A DNA stretch of 56,409 bases from a virus (taxonomy: Duplodnaviria > Heunggongvirae > Uroviricota > Caudoviricetes). Below the pieces are notes generated by a model. The model was not told where the DNA came from, ran no database searches, and saw only the letters and a list, made by a program, of their open reading frames with translations. The position numbers and the translations under genes were made by a program. Below are positions 9,572 through 19,709 of the stretch, piece after piece (position 1 is the stretch's first letter; each line of letters starts with the position of its first letter). Location: the IMG/VR virus record IMGVR_UViG_2617270940_000006. One strand, 5' to 3'.

Positions 9572-10582
9572 TTAGTCGTAGGATACGGCAAATATCGCCT
9601 GGCCTTGAACTTCCCCAGGCTGTAAAGCTTCCTCTTTCACGCGAACGTATTTTGCGGTAATCGGGAAGATGTACTGTTCCTGAATAGCCGCCATTTTAGG
9701 TAATCTGTTCATCAGGGTATCGCCCAGCTTTAACGGTGTCGTTGCATTACCATTGTAAATCTGGAACCCTACACCCTTAGCACCATCGGACAATGTATTT
9801 TTCAATATTGTTCCACTATCATCCCACACACCACGCTCAACTTTAAAAGTCACTGGATTAGTCGTGACGTTATAGACACTATCGCAATTTAGGACCAGAT
9901 CTACAGAACCTGATTTTGAGTTATTGGCAGATAGCATCTCACTTATCGTTGTTTCTGGTATTCTTATTTCGTAAGTCGGTTGCGAGAAACGACAGGTTGT
10001 GGGTTTGTGTTTAACAGTAATGGTTAGTTTTTGTTCGTAAGCATCGCCTTTATTTAACAACCCCAATAAATTGCACAATATCCATGAAAAAATATTTGAA
10101 CTGCATTGATTATCAGATAAAAAGTTACCCGCTGGCTTTTTTAATTCGAATGAATCCCCCTCTACCGCTTCACCATGATCACTTCTATATGTAGTTGGTG
10201 GTATATATGAGGCCGTTAACTTCAGTTGTTTATTATTAATGGTATCAGCAACAGAATAGGTTTTAGGCGACAGAAGCGAACCACTCGTTTCTACAGGAAA
10301 TCCATCAGCCTCAAGCTTTAATTTAATAAAAATAGACTTATTGCTGGAGCCATCTTTCATTTCAACAATATAGTCATCTAACGTTGTTGCAAAATACATC
10401 TTATCCCCCCTCGAGTTACATTCATAAGATCCTTGCAGGTTGGGATTAAAACTTACTATTGTTGAATCCCTTGTTAAGTCCAGTGTAATTGGTTGAGTTG
10501 CTGTCCAAGTTCCCTTAGGGGTACATTTCGCCTGCCCAAAAAATGGAATAATCAACAAAAACAAAAACCAATATTTCTTCAT
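9572..10582 (-). CDS. Fimbrial minor subunit / tip adhesin candidate
   Basis: Signal peptide (MKKYWFLFLLIIPFFGQA); distal gene of the chaperone-usher operon; start set 11 bp after the usher stop. Confidence 0.55.
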   Translation of the reverse strand: MKKYWFLFLLIIPFFGQAKCTPKGTWTATQPITLDLTRDSTIVSFNPNLQGSYECNSRGDKMYFATTLDDYIVEMKDGSSNKSIFIKLKLEADGFPVETSGSLLSPKTYSVADTINNKQLKLTASYIPPTTYRSDHGEAVEGDSFELKKPAGNFLSDNQCSSNIFSWILCNLLGLLNKGDAYEQKLTITVKHKPTTCRFSQPTYEIRIPETTISEMLSANNSKSGSVDLVLNCDSVYNVTTNPVTFKVERGVWDDSGTILKNTLSDGAKGVGFQIYNGNATTPLKLGDTLMNRLPKMAAIQEQYIFPITAKYVRVKEEALQPGEVQGQAIFAVSYD

Positions 10583-10592
10583 AAAAAATCCT

Positions 10593-13085
10593 TTAACGAC
10601 AAATATAAACTTTATTCTCTTCGATAACTTTATCAAAGGTAATAGTACAGAATTGTTCCTGCTGTTTATTAACCGAGACGCGAATCGATGCGGGAACATC
10701 ATCAGTGCGAATAAATATCCGACTTCCCTGTCCTACCAAGCCCACATTCTTACCGCTTTCATCTTCAACTTCATAACCGAACGATAATGGAGAACCATCC
10801 GGGCGCTGAGCAAGGAAATACCAGGGTTTACGTTTGTCAGTATCAAACTGCGTCATCACAACGGCCCCACGATAAGGAGCGGTGCTTTTACGGTTGCCCA
10901 GTAGTGCCACATCGCTTTGACTGTCAGAAGTATCCAGCATCAACGTGTTTTTACGATACGGCGTCAGGCTGTCATAAATAGCGTAACCTCGGCTATCCGT
11001 GCTCAGGTAACGATACCCCTGTACCGCAGCCCCATCCAGCCCCGGAGCATGGACGATGGTAAATGTATCTGAAAGTCTGGGAGCCAGTGCTATCCCGTCT
11101 GACCACGCGACTAAACCACCTTGAATATTACCACTTATCTGTTGATATTTTTTCGACTGGCTATAGCTGCCACCAATGGTAGCCACTGGCGCACGCCAAA
11201 TCAGATTTCCACCTGCTGTTGCTTCGCTGTCCTGTTGTTGATGGCTAAAGTTAGCCCCGTAGCTGAACTGATCACGGTTCCCAGCTACACCACTGAGGCT
11301 GGTAGTATTTGACTGGTAGCCGTCTTTATCAAATGTGGTCGAGTTAGAGATAAATAAATCTCGTCGTTTTTCGGTGATATTATCACGCCACGAGAAGGGG
11401 ATTGAGAAAAATAAGTTAATGCGTCTGTCTTCGCTGTTATCCTCATCGTATGTCTGGCTAACCGACAAGGTATAACTTAGACGTTCCCATGAGTTCGTAT
11501 AGCTTAGTTGGTAATTTTTCCCTGTCCCGCTACGTTCCCAGTAATCTCGCCATTGACCGCTGATCGCCAGATACCCCCAATTTTCCGGTAATGACTGGTT
11601 GATATTTAAAGAAAAGCTATTCTTGCGACCAAAATCATACTGGTAGTAGTTGGCAATGTCATAGCCTGAGTTGTCTTCTCGATTGTATCTATTTTTGTTA
11701 TTTGCCCATACATGATCGTTAAAAGTACGATAACCCCGAGAGGAATAACGCCAGGCCGCCAGAGAAAATTGTGTTCCGCTCTGAGAGAGATATTTATTCC
11801 AGGCAATCTGATAACTTTGACCGTTAAACACATCACCGTTGTCTTGCTTGCTGTATGAATGGGTAAAATCAACCGATATAGCACCAATCGGTGTATTCCA
11901 TCCTGTTCCAAGAACAAACGATGAGTAATTATCAGATAACAGCGTGCCGCCATAACCTGTCAGCAAATTGTTGAAACCATGCTTATAGCTTCCCTGGATA
12001 AAATCAGATTGATTGCTGGCTCCTTCAATATGACTACGTCCGGCTGAAAATTCATATTTAGAAACGCCAGGTTGCAACATATTTGGCACCGATGAATAAG
12101 GCACCCGATAGTACGACGTTGAACCATCAGCTTCTTTGACGATAACTTCCAAATCTGCCCCACCATTAGAAAGTTGCAAATCATCAATGGCGAATGGGCC
12201 TGGCGGTACTTCTTTCTGGTAAACCACAAAACCATTTTGTTCTATGGTGACGAGTGCGTTACTCTGGGCAACGCCGCGTACCACAGGAGTAAAATTCTGT
12301 TTAGAGTTCGGTAACATCTGCATATCGCGCCAAAGGCGCACGCCGCGAAAACGCACGGAGTCAAAAACATCAGAACCAGTATACATTTCACCTGCGCGAA
12401 ACGTGCCGAGAATTTGTGGAATTCCACGTTCCAGATATAGCGTGTTACTCTTCCATTTACCGCTGTTTTCGTCGCTTTTCGTATAATTGGCATTTGAATG
12501 CAGCTGCCAGCCCAGGAGATTTAACCCACTGTTCAGATTTAGATAGCTACTTTTATCATCTCCGCCGTTTTTATAATCACTGTAATACTGACTGGCATAA
12601 TAAGATGTATATAATGCGTTAATCCCGCGATCCCATGCTTCAGGCGGAACATAGCCATGTTCATATTCCAGAACATAGGCTTGGGGCACGCTTAATTTTA
12701 GGTTAAAATGCCCAATATCATAGTCGACGCTGCCTCCCTGGACAGCATCCCGAAGTGGTACACATTCTACGCCTTTATCGATACTAATTCCTTCAGTGAG
12801 GATCCCAATTTGCTTTAATTGCTCCATGGATAAACATGTTGCATTAGGGTCATCTTTAATATCAATATCATAGTGGCCACGCCATTGATTATTCAGATAA
12901 ACATCCATAGCGTAGATACCCGGCATCGGCTTATCACTATCAATATGGTAGTTAGAAATTTTCTCCCCATTTAAACCACCAATCATAAAATTGGTATTAA
13001 ACGTTTCACCCTTAGCCCATGTATGCGAAGTCGCTAATACTGACAGAATAGCCAGTGTAATAGAATTAAACTTTGACATAACCAA
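10593..13085 (-). CDS. Fimbrial outer-membrane usher
   Basis: 830 aa with signal peptide; size and position between chaperone and adhesin are typical of usher proteins. Confidence 0.9.
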   Translation of the reverse strand: MVMSKFNSITLAILSVLATSHTWAKGETFNTNFMIGGLNGEKISNYHIDSDKPMPGIYAMDVYLNNQWRGHYDIDIKDDPNATCLSMEQLKQIGILTEGISIDKGVECVPLRDAVQGGSVDYDIGHFNLKLSVPQAYVLEYEHGYVPPEAWDRGINALYTSYYASQYYSDYKNGGDDKSSYLNLNSGLNLLGWQLHSNANYTKSDENSGKWKSNTLYLERGIPQILGTFRAGEMYTGSDVFDSVRFRGVRLWRDMQMLPNSKQNFTPVVRGVAQSNALVTIEQNGFVVYQKEVPPGPFAIDDLQLSNGGADLEVIVKEADGSTSYYRVPYSSVPNMLQPGVSKYEFSAGRSHIEGASNQSDFIQGSYKHGFNNLLTGYGGTLLSDNYSSFVLGTGWNTPIGAISVDFTHSYSKQDNGDVFNGQSYQIAWNKYLSQSGTQFSLAAWRYSSRGYRTFNDHVWANNKNRYNREDNSGYDIANYYQYDFGRKNSFSLNINQSLPENWGYLAISGQWRDYWERSGTGKNYQLSYTNSWERLSYTLSVSQTYDEDNSEDRRINLFFSIPFSWRDNITEKRRDLFISNSTTFDKDGYQSNTTSLSGVAGNRDQFSYGANFSHQQQDSEATAGGNLIWRAPVATIGGSYSQSKKYQQISGNIQGGLVAWSDGIALAPRLSDTFTIVHAPGLDGAAVQGYRYLSTDSRGYAIYDSLTPYRKNTLMLDTSDSQSDVALLGNRKSTAPYRGAVVMTQFDTDKRKPWYFLAQRPDGSPLSFGYEVEDESGKNVGLVGQGSRIFIRTDDVPASIRVSVNKQQEQFCTITFDKVIEENKVYICR

Positions 13086-13096
13086 TCCCTGATAAT

Positions 13097-13777
13097 CTAT
13101 TTGGCAGTTTTTATTTTTTCACTCAAATAGTTTCCATGATCATCAATCAGAGTAACATTGTAATAGTTAACAACGGATGTCGTTTTGACAGTCTGATCTG
13201 ACCAGGGTGCCAGCAGTAGTGTCTCCTTATTAATTTTCGCATTCCCGGTTAATTCAGGAATGGTTATCCAGTTCGCTGAATTATTTTTTATGTTAATGCC
13301 TCTATCAACGGGTCTGATATTAATCCGGGAAAAACTCTCTTTATCGACTCTTGTTATACCCTTTGGGCGATAAATAAATTTGATACGATTTTGCATCGCG
13401 AATTTAATCAGATTCTTGCCTTCGTATTTCTCACTATTAGGTGGAATATCCAGTACATTAAGGAAGAACAGACTTTCGCGATCTTTAGGTAGAGTGTTCG
13501 CCAGTTGTTTAATTTTCAGTTGCTGTCCTTCACCCTTACTAACATGAACTACCGGTGGAGTCAGCACAAAAGGTACACTAATCTTTTCCGGAGGAAGGCT
13601 GGCATCGCCATCATCAATCCACGACTGAACAAGAGCACTACGCTCACCTTCATTCATTAACTGAACTGCAATCTCTTTTTTCTGTTCCGGATAAATAACG
13701 CGAGTGCCGTAAATATAGACACCGCCCCACGCAGATGGGACCGTTACGGTTAGTAAGAAGGCTATTAATTTTTTCAT
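13097..13777 (-). CDS. Fimbrial periplasmic chaperone (PapD-like)
   Basis: Signal peptide plus characteristic chaperone length and operon position; start placed at MKKLIAFLL. Confidence 0.85.
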   Translation of the reverse strand: MKKLIAFLLTVTVPSAWGGVYIYGTRVIYPEQKKEIAVQLMNEGERSALVQSWIDDGDASLPPEKISVPFVLTPPVVHVSKGEGQQLKIKQLANTLPKDRESLFFLNVLDIPPNSEKYEGKNLIKFAMQNRIKFIYRPKGITRVDKESFSRINIRPVDRGINIKNNSANWITIPELTGNAKINKETLLLAPWSDQTVKTTSVVNYYNVTLIDDHGNYLSEKIKTAK

Positions 13778-13832
13778 GATAACAATCCTTGCGATTGAAA
13801 ATCGGCGACCGAAGCCGCCGATAAACATCATG

Positions 13833-14381
13833 TTAATCTGTTACAACGGTCATTGTTATCGCAGAACTAACTTCGCCAGTACCCACATCATCAGCTGCTT
13901 TTGCGTATTGCGCCGTAAAATGCAACTCATATTCACCATTAGTAGCTGGTGGTAACTTAATAGGACTATTACCAGAAATCCGGTTGCTAGAATCAGTACC
14001 TTTCCCCAAAAAAACAGCGAAACCGACACCGCTAGCATCACCAGTATTGCGAGTAACATTTGAACCCGTTCCTTCAAATTGGGTGCTGGAGAAGGTAATT
14101 CTTGGTTCTTTTTCTCCGGGACATTTAACTTTTAGTGGTAAAGATGTTGTATTTGAATAAGTGGTAACGGGGGAGCCAACTTCTACATTTTCAAATTGAT
14201 CACGACCAATTTCGCTCATCGAAATTGTTGTATTCTCACTACCGCTCAGGAACTGACATGTAGTCTCTGTGACTTTACCGTTAATAGTTAACTGACCCTC
14301 TGTACTCCCTTCTGCTGCAAATGATCCTGCGCTCATAAAAAGAGATGCTAATACAGTAGCCGCAATAACTGAACGTTTCAT
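13833..14381 (-). CDS. Major fimbrial subunit
   Basis: 182 aa, signal peptide, Cys pair, first gene of the operon. Confidence 0.8.
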   Translation of the reverse strand: MKRSVIAATVLASLFMSAGSFAAEGSTEGQLTINGKVTETTCQFLSGSENTTISMSEIGRDQFENVEVGSPVTTYSNTTSLPLKVKCPGEKEPRITFSSTQFEGTGSNVTRNTGDASGVGFAVFLGKGTDSSNRISGNSPIKLPPATNGEYELHFTAQYAKAADDVGTGEVSSAITMTVVTD

Positions 14382-14511
14382 AGACTAATCCTTAACTAAT
14401 TTGCTTTAACTAAAAAAGAGATCGCAATCTCTTGCTAATAAATTACTAAAAATAAAAATGATAGAGCAATATAAAAGAATATTTTTTATTTTAATCAAAA
14501 ACATTTCCATG

Positions 14512-15537
14512 TGGATTGGCCCCTATATTTCCAGACACTTTTTATCGCTTAACCCATTACTGGTTCGCCGCCGCAGATATTCCCGTGGAGAACGATATCC
14601 CAGTGCACTGTGCGGATGCCATTCGTTGTAATGTTCGAAGGCCTCCGCAAGGTTCTTTGCCGCTGTTAACCCGTCAGGTTTTGGCATGATACTGATGTAG
14701 TCGCGCTTCATCGTTTTCACGAAGCTCTCCGCCATTCCGTTGCTTTCTGGACTACGTACCGCCGTATGTTTTGGCTCCAGTCCTATCATTCTGGCGAACT
14801 GACGCGTCTGATGAGAACGGTAGGCTGAACCGTTGTCTGTCAGCCACTCAACGGGGGATGTCGGCAGCCTGTTACCGAAGCGACGCTCTACTGCACCCAG
14901 CATGACGTCCTGCACGGTTTCACTGTCATATCCACCGGTACTTGCTGCCCAGTGAAGTGCCTCGCGCTCGCAACAGTCCAGCGCGAACGTGATCCGCAGT
15001 TTTTCACCGTTATCACAGCTGAACCCGAAGCCGTCGGAGCACCACCGCTGGTTACTTTCTCCAACGGCCACTTTCCCTCTATGCGCCCGCTTCGAGGGCG
15101 GTATTGCCGGTTTACGCTCAAGCAGCAGCGCATTCTGACGCATGATGCGGTATACGCGTTTGGCATTGATCACCGCCATGTCGTCAGTTTCTGATTGTCT
15201 GCGCAGCAGTACCCATACACGACGATAACCATAGGTGGGCAGATCGTCGATAACGGTATGGATACGAGCCAGCGCTTCAGTATCATCAGGCTTGCGCTTG
15301 CACCGACGATCCTGCCAGCCCTTCGACCGACGGGCCATGGCATGCAGTTGCGCACGTGAGACCCGGAGGCAACGACTGACAAGGCTTATTCACCATCCTC
15401 CGGCAACAAGGGCACGTGCGCTATCCACTTTTTTTGTCGGCCATATTCAACGGCTTCTTTCAGCAGCTCGTTTTCCATGGTTTTTTTGCCCAGCAGGCGC
15501 TGTAACCAACTGTCTGGAGATTCATGGGGCTAGTCTA
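14512..15537 (-). mobile_element. IS2-like element with internal deletion of the OrfA region
   Basis: Ends TGGATTGGCCCCTATATTTCC and GTCTGGAGATTCATGGGGCTAGTCTA resemble IS2 ends. About 1026 bp versus about 1.3 kb for IS2. Flanked by a 5-bp direct repeat, CCATG, at 14507-14511 and 15538-15542. Confidence 0.85.
14523..15338 (-). CDS. IS2-group transposase OrfB (InsD-like, diverged)
   Basis: 271 aa, collinear with the IS2 InsD at 1-906 but clearly diverged; upstream OrfA is largely deleted. Confidence 0.85.
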   Translation of the reverse strand: MARRSKGWQDRRCKRKPDDTEALARIHTVIDDLPTYGYRRVWVLLRRQSETDDMAVINAKRVYRIMRQNALLLERKPAIPPSKRAHRGKVAVGESNQRWCSDGFGFSCDNGEKLRITFALDCCEREALHWAASTGGYDSETVQDVMLGAVERRFGNRLPTSPVEWLTDNGSAYRSHQTRQFARMIGLEPKHTAVRSPESNGMAESFVKTMKRDYISIMPKPDGLTAAKNLAEAFEHYNEWHPHSALGYRSPREYLRRRTSNGLSDKKCLEI

Positions 15538-15608
15538 CCATGTTTATGGAAACATAACATTAAAATTATTTCGTAGTTTATTTTTTAGTTTAAATTGTCA
15601 AATTCATC

Positions 15609-15640
15609 GGTAATGCTACCAACTTATTGATTTAGTGTAT
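15609..15640 (+). mobile_element. IS1 terminal inverted-repeat remnant
   Basis: GGTAATGCTACCAACTTATTGATTTAGTGTAT resembles the recalled IS1 end (GGTGATGCTGCCAACTTACTGATTTAGTGTATG) and abuts the IS3-family end. Confidence 0.55.
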
Positions 15641-16058
15641 TGAATCGCCACAGGTTTAATAGACACCTCAGAGTCATTTAAGATGACTTAAAGAGAGGTG
15701 CCCATGAGCGGTAAGCGTTATCCCGAAGAGTTTAAAATTGAAGCAGTCAAACAGGTTGTTGATCGCGGTTATTCTGTTGCCAGCGTTGCAACACGTCTCG
15801 ATATCACCACCCACAGCCTTTACTCCTGGATAAAGAAGTACGGTCCGGATTCTTCCACTAATAAAGAACAGTCAGATGCTCAGCGTCTCCAGAAAGAGCT
15901 GAAGCGGGTTACCGACGAACGGGACATATTAAAAAAAGCGCGGCGTACTTCGCAAAGCTGTCCGACTGAGGTACGCCTTTATCCGTGACAACACCCATTG
16001 CTGGCCTGTCCGACTGCTTTGTCGGGTGCTGGATGTGCATCCGAGTGGTTTTTACGCC
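15641..16058 (+). mobile_element. IS3-family element, left-end fragment
   Basis: Terminal repeat TGAATCGCCACAGGTTTAATAGACACC, OrfA, an A6G slippery site near 15930 and about 30 codons of OrfB in the -1 frame, then backbone sequence. Confidence 0.75.
15698..15988 (+). CDS. IS3-family transposase OrfA
   Basis: HTH-containing OrfA (YPEEFKIEAVKQV...LKKA) ending at a frameshift window. Confidence 0.8.
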   Translation: MPMSGKRYPEEFKIEAVKQVVDRGYSVASVATRLDITTHSLYSWIKKYGPDSSTNKEQSDAQRLQKELKRVTDERDILKKARRTSQSCPTEVRLYP

Positions 16059-16156
16059 TGGCTTCTTCGTATAGCAGACTATTGCGCTCGATATAATAAG
16101 TAGATACTTACTTATTTTTCTGAAAGAATACTTTCATCTGTTAGTCAGGAGTTGCT

Positions 16157-16969
16157 ATGAAAGAAGAATTTCAGAAGTTAGTCTGCGACATCATCGACAA
16201 ATCCGGCGTAGAAATTGATACAGAAGAGCGCCAGAAGATTATCGACGAGGCGATCCAAACTGCGCTGGAGCATATCGCCACGTCCGTGAGCGCCGCACCT
16301 CTTTCGGAAGGCTCGAAATACATGCAGGTCTGGGTTCGTTTTGGAGAGTCCCCGGAGTTGCCAGGTGTTAAGCAGAAACGCGCGGCACTTGTGGCGTTCT
16401 CTCGCGAGATGAAAGACGCAACGGTCGAAGTGAGTACCGGTGCATGGTACGACGGTCGCATTGTCTACACTAATCAGACTGTCTACACCAATCAGACTGT
16501 GTGCGATGAAGGTGAACGGTTTGAGGATATTGTCGACGCAACTCTTCGCACGCTCAAAGTCAGAGCTGGTGTGGCGGATGACCCGTCCATCGCGGCGTTC
16601 CTGAGTATTGTCGAACAGTCTGAAGTTACCGAGCGCGTAACAGATCTGACAACTCCACCTGGTTTGCTGGAATTGGTGGTCAGTGGCGATATCAAAAAAG
16701 CCGTTGAGCGCATTCGTGAGGTGGAATACGGCATTATCTGCGATATGTGCCGCAGCGACTTAGACCTGGTGCGCATCATTGTCGACGCGGGTCAGGCATG
16801 TGACGGAGTACTCGCCAGTTTTGCAGGGCAAGTGGCTCGTCTGGCCAACGAATTACCCATGATTAAACAAGAAGCCAAATCCTACGCCGTCCACCATGCC
16901 AACGATTTACTGGACCCATACCGGTTCGAAGCTGCTCAGGACAAAATGACTGGCTGGGCGACCTGGTAA
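16157..16969 (+). CDS. Hypothetical protein
   Basis: 270-aa ORF preceded by a class A motif and followed by a GC hairpin plus T-run at 16988-17008; contains an 18-bp tandem duplication. Confidence 0.5.
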   Translation: MKEEFQKLVCDIIDKSGVEIDTEERQKIIDEAIQTALEHIATSVSAAPLSEGSKYMQVWVRFGESPELPGVKQKRAALVAFSREMKDATVEVSTGAWYDGRIVYTNQTVYTNQTVCDEGERFEDIVDATLRTLKVRAGVADDPSIAAFLSIVEQSEVTERVTDLTTPPGLLELVVSGDIKKAVERIREVEYGIICDMCRSDLDLVRIIVDAGQACDGVLASFAGQVARLANELPMIKQEAKSYAVHHANDLLDPYRFEAAQDKMTGWATW

Positions 16970-17049
16970 GCCTCGATAAAACATTTAGCCCCTCGTGGGG
17001 CTTCTTTAAACTGCGATTAATAAGTAAGTACAAGATTACGGTTAGAAGC

Positions 17050-17526
17050 ATGTCCACAAGACCAGATTTGTCGAAAATCCCGTCTATCTCCGGAAACAAC
17101 GGTTATTCGCTGCGCTGCCCGGAAGTGAAGCTCAACGGCCATGAGGCTCATTGCAGCTATACAGTCTGCCAACACACGATCCTCGCCTATAAAGAAAAAC
17201 GTCTCCCGGCTACATCGTTCCAGTCCTGTGCTGCGGCTATTGCTGCTGGTAAATGTCAGGCACTGAAAATGATGGTCGAAGAGATCCGCAAAGGCGAACA
17301 GCTCTACTTCATCGATATGTCTTCACTTATCAAAGAAGTGGAAGAGCAAAACGACCATGCCAGAACGCCCCCCCGGAAGCGAAACTCCGCGACAATTGAC
17401 AGTCTTATTCATCGCACGAAGAAAACAGAACCTGCTAAATCCGAAACCAAGCCCACCGATTCACTGGCGCCGATCACTGACGTGTACGCGGCACTCATTG
17501 AAGAAGCAACCAAAGAAAACACATGA
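17050..17526 (+). CDS. Hypothetical Cys/His-containing protein
   Basis: 158-aa ORF with a CPEV...HEAHCSYTVCQH cluster; preceded by a class A motif. Confidence 0.45.
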   Translation: MSTRPDLSKIPSISGNNGYSLRCPEVKLNGHEAHCSYTVCQHTILAYKEKRLPATSFQSCAAAIAAGKCQALKMMVEEIRKGEQLYFIDMSSLIKEVEEQNDHARTPPRKRNSATIDSLIHRTKKTEPAKSETKPTDSLAPITDVYAALIEEATKENT

Positions 17527-17560
17527 AAACTCCCGAGCGACCGATGGAGGTTAAACACTA

Positions 17561-18883
17561 ATGGAAAAACTGATCGCCCTAAAGCACAAGCTGGATGCTA
17601 TTAAAACGATGGGAACCAACGCCAAGAAAGAGGCGCTGGCCAATCTGGATGAATTTGAACAGAGCATGGTCTCGCTAATGCTCAATCCATTCATTCGATT
17701 CGGTGTGAAGAAGTACAAAGTGGCCGAGCCACTCGATACTTCCGTACCCAGCGACCAGAAGGTAGTAGATCTGCTGGAGAAGCTGGCAGCGCGCGAACTG
17801 ACCGGGAACATCGCTATTGCTGCTGTCGAATCACTCGTTGCCTCGATGTGCGCTGACGGGCAGGACGTGTTTCGTCGCTTCCTGCTGAAAGATCCGAAAG
17901 CCGGTGTCGGCATCAGCCTGTGCAACAAGGTGTTCAAAAACCCAATTCCGAAGTTTGAGGTACAGCTGGCGTCTCCGTACAAGGAGAAAGGCGACAAATA
18001 CCCATTTAAACCAAATCCAAAGGCCAAGTGGCCAATGATCGGCAGTCTCAAACTCGATGGTCTCCGGGTTATCTGCGAAGTCATCGTGGACGAGGGTGAG
18101 GTCAATTTCCTGACGCGCACCGGCAATCCGATTACGTCACTCGATCACCTTAAACCAGCCATGCTGGAGCGGGGCAGAGTCTCCGGCTTCAATCACATCT
18201 TCTTCGATGGAGAGGGCACTGCAGGTACATTCAACCAGTCAGTGTCGGCGCTTCGTAAGAAGAACGTGAAAGCCATTGGTGCCGTTTACCACATTTTCGA
18301 TTTCTTCTTACCGGAGTGGCGTGCTCAAGCAAAAAGCAAAGAGTACCTGAAGACCGGTATGAAGCTGAAAGAGCGCCTGGCTATGCTGGTGGCGTTGTTC
18401 CGCAACACTTGCGTGGAAGATTATGCGCAAGATATCCACCTTCATCCGTTCTACATCATCCATAGCCACGAAGATTTCATCGAACGTTTCATGAAGCGAC
18501 TGGACGAGAATGAAGAGGGAGAGATGGGCAAAGATCCGGATTCAGTTTACGAGTTCAAACGTACCCGCAGCTGGTGGAAGCTGAAAGACGAGGATTCAGA
18601 AGACGGTGAAATCATCGACTTCGAGCCTGGCGATCCGGATTCTGGATTTGCGCATACGCTAGGCAAGATAGTGATTCGTCTGGAGAACGGCGTCATCGTT
18701 CGTGCCAGCGGTATCAAGCATAAATACCTGGATGAAATCTGGAACAATCAGGAGAAGTATCGTGGGCGCATCGTTGAGGTTCACTGCCATGAGAAAACGC
18801 CAGACGGTAGCTTACGCCACCCACGTCTGAAGTGGCCGAAATGTCTGCGAGATACCGAAGACCGTATTGGAGATAAAGACTGA
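17561..18883 (+). CDS. ATP-dependent DNA ligase
   Basis: Adenylation motif with the KxDG lysine (IGSLKLDGLRV); 440 aa. Confidence 0.85.
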   Translation: MEKLIALKHKLDAIKTMGTNAKKEALANLDEFEQSMVSLMLNPFIRFGVKKYKVAEPLDTSVPSDQKVVDLLEKLAARELTGNIAIAAVESLVASMCADGQDVFRRFLLKDPKAGVGISLCNKVFKNPIPKFEVQLASPYKEKGDKYPFKPNPKAKWPMIGSLKLDGLRVICEVIVDEGEVNFLTRTGNPITSLDHLKPAMLERGRVSGFNHIFFDGEGTAGTFNQSVSALRKKNVKAIGAVYHIFDFFLPEWRAQAKSKEYLKTGMKLKERLAMLVALFRNTCVEDYAQDIHLHPFYIIHSHEDFIERFMKRLDENEEGEMGKDPDSVYEFKRTRSWWKLKDEDSEDGEIIDFEPGDPDSGFAHTLGKIVIRLENGVIVRASGIKHKYLDEIWNNQEKYRGRIVEVHCHEKTPDGSLRHPRLKWPKCLRDTEDRIGDKD

Positions 18884-19042
18884 TGCTTGGCTGGATGTTT
18901 GTATTTTTAGTCGTCGGCATTGTTATCGGAAGTCTGGTTATGTCCAGCTGTATCCACGATTACGTAAAAGCCGGTGTCATGCAAAGGCGAGGTCGTATTT
19001 ATCGCATAGTAGATATCACGGACACACTGAAGGAGATTAAGG

Positions 19043-19255
19043 ATGATCATGTTAAGTAAACGAGAGAAGGAAACCCTGCGTGAAATCAGCAAGTGGAAGG
19101 AATTCTACGCCAACTGGAAGCCGAAGACCAGAGCCAAACTGGAGCGCATGAATCTTGTCGCTAACGTTTCGCCAAAGGGATGTGTGGAGAACTATCAACT
19201 CACTGAAAAAGGTTATTTGTTGTTGCAGCAATTGACTGAGGCGGGGGCATACTGA
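19043..19255 (+). CDS. Small hypothetical protein
   Basis: 70-aa ORF within a run of short coupled ORFs (18884-19709). Confidence 0.35.
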   Translation: MIMLSKREKETLREISKWKEFYANWKPKTRAKLERMNLVANVSPKGCVENYQLTEKGYLLLQQLTEAGAY

Positions 19256-19403
19256 TGATTCCATACATCATTTTATCATTCACTGGTGGCGTGGGCCTCG
19301 GCCTCGCAATCTGCCGCGCCCTGGTCCAGCAGGAACTGAAAACCAAAACACTTCGTGTTGGTAAGCGTGTGTATCGGGTTGTTCACGAGACGGGAGTGCG
19401 AAA

Positions 19404-19709
19404 ATGAGCAATTTGACTTCCTTCGACTGGTGGCTGGCAACCTACCTTGTTGCGGCCGGCTTCGGATTTGCCTTTTACGTTGGTCAGTTAATCGTAAAGC
19501 TACTGCTGATAAGATTCGCCAGCCATAAACGCATAGACGACGGTCTGTGGCGTCTGGGGTCCCTGTTAGAGACGCATTACGGCGAACTCAAGGAAAACGA
19601 AACTATCACTATTCAAGCGAAGCGTTTTACCGCCATCATCACGAGAACTCCGGAACAAAAGGGGAGCCTGATCAAAAAGATAGCAACTAAACGCATTACA
19701 GATAGATAA
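19404..19709 (+). CDS. Small membrane protein
   Basis: 101-aa ORF with an N-terminal TM helix; overlaps the preceding small ORF by ATGA. Confidence 0.4.
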   Translation: MSNLTSFDWWLATYLVAAGFGFAFYVGQLIVKLLLIRFASHKRIDDGLWRLGSLLETHYGELKENETITIQAKRFTAIITRTPEQKGSLIKKIATKRITDR

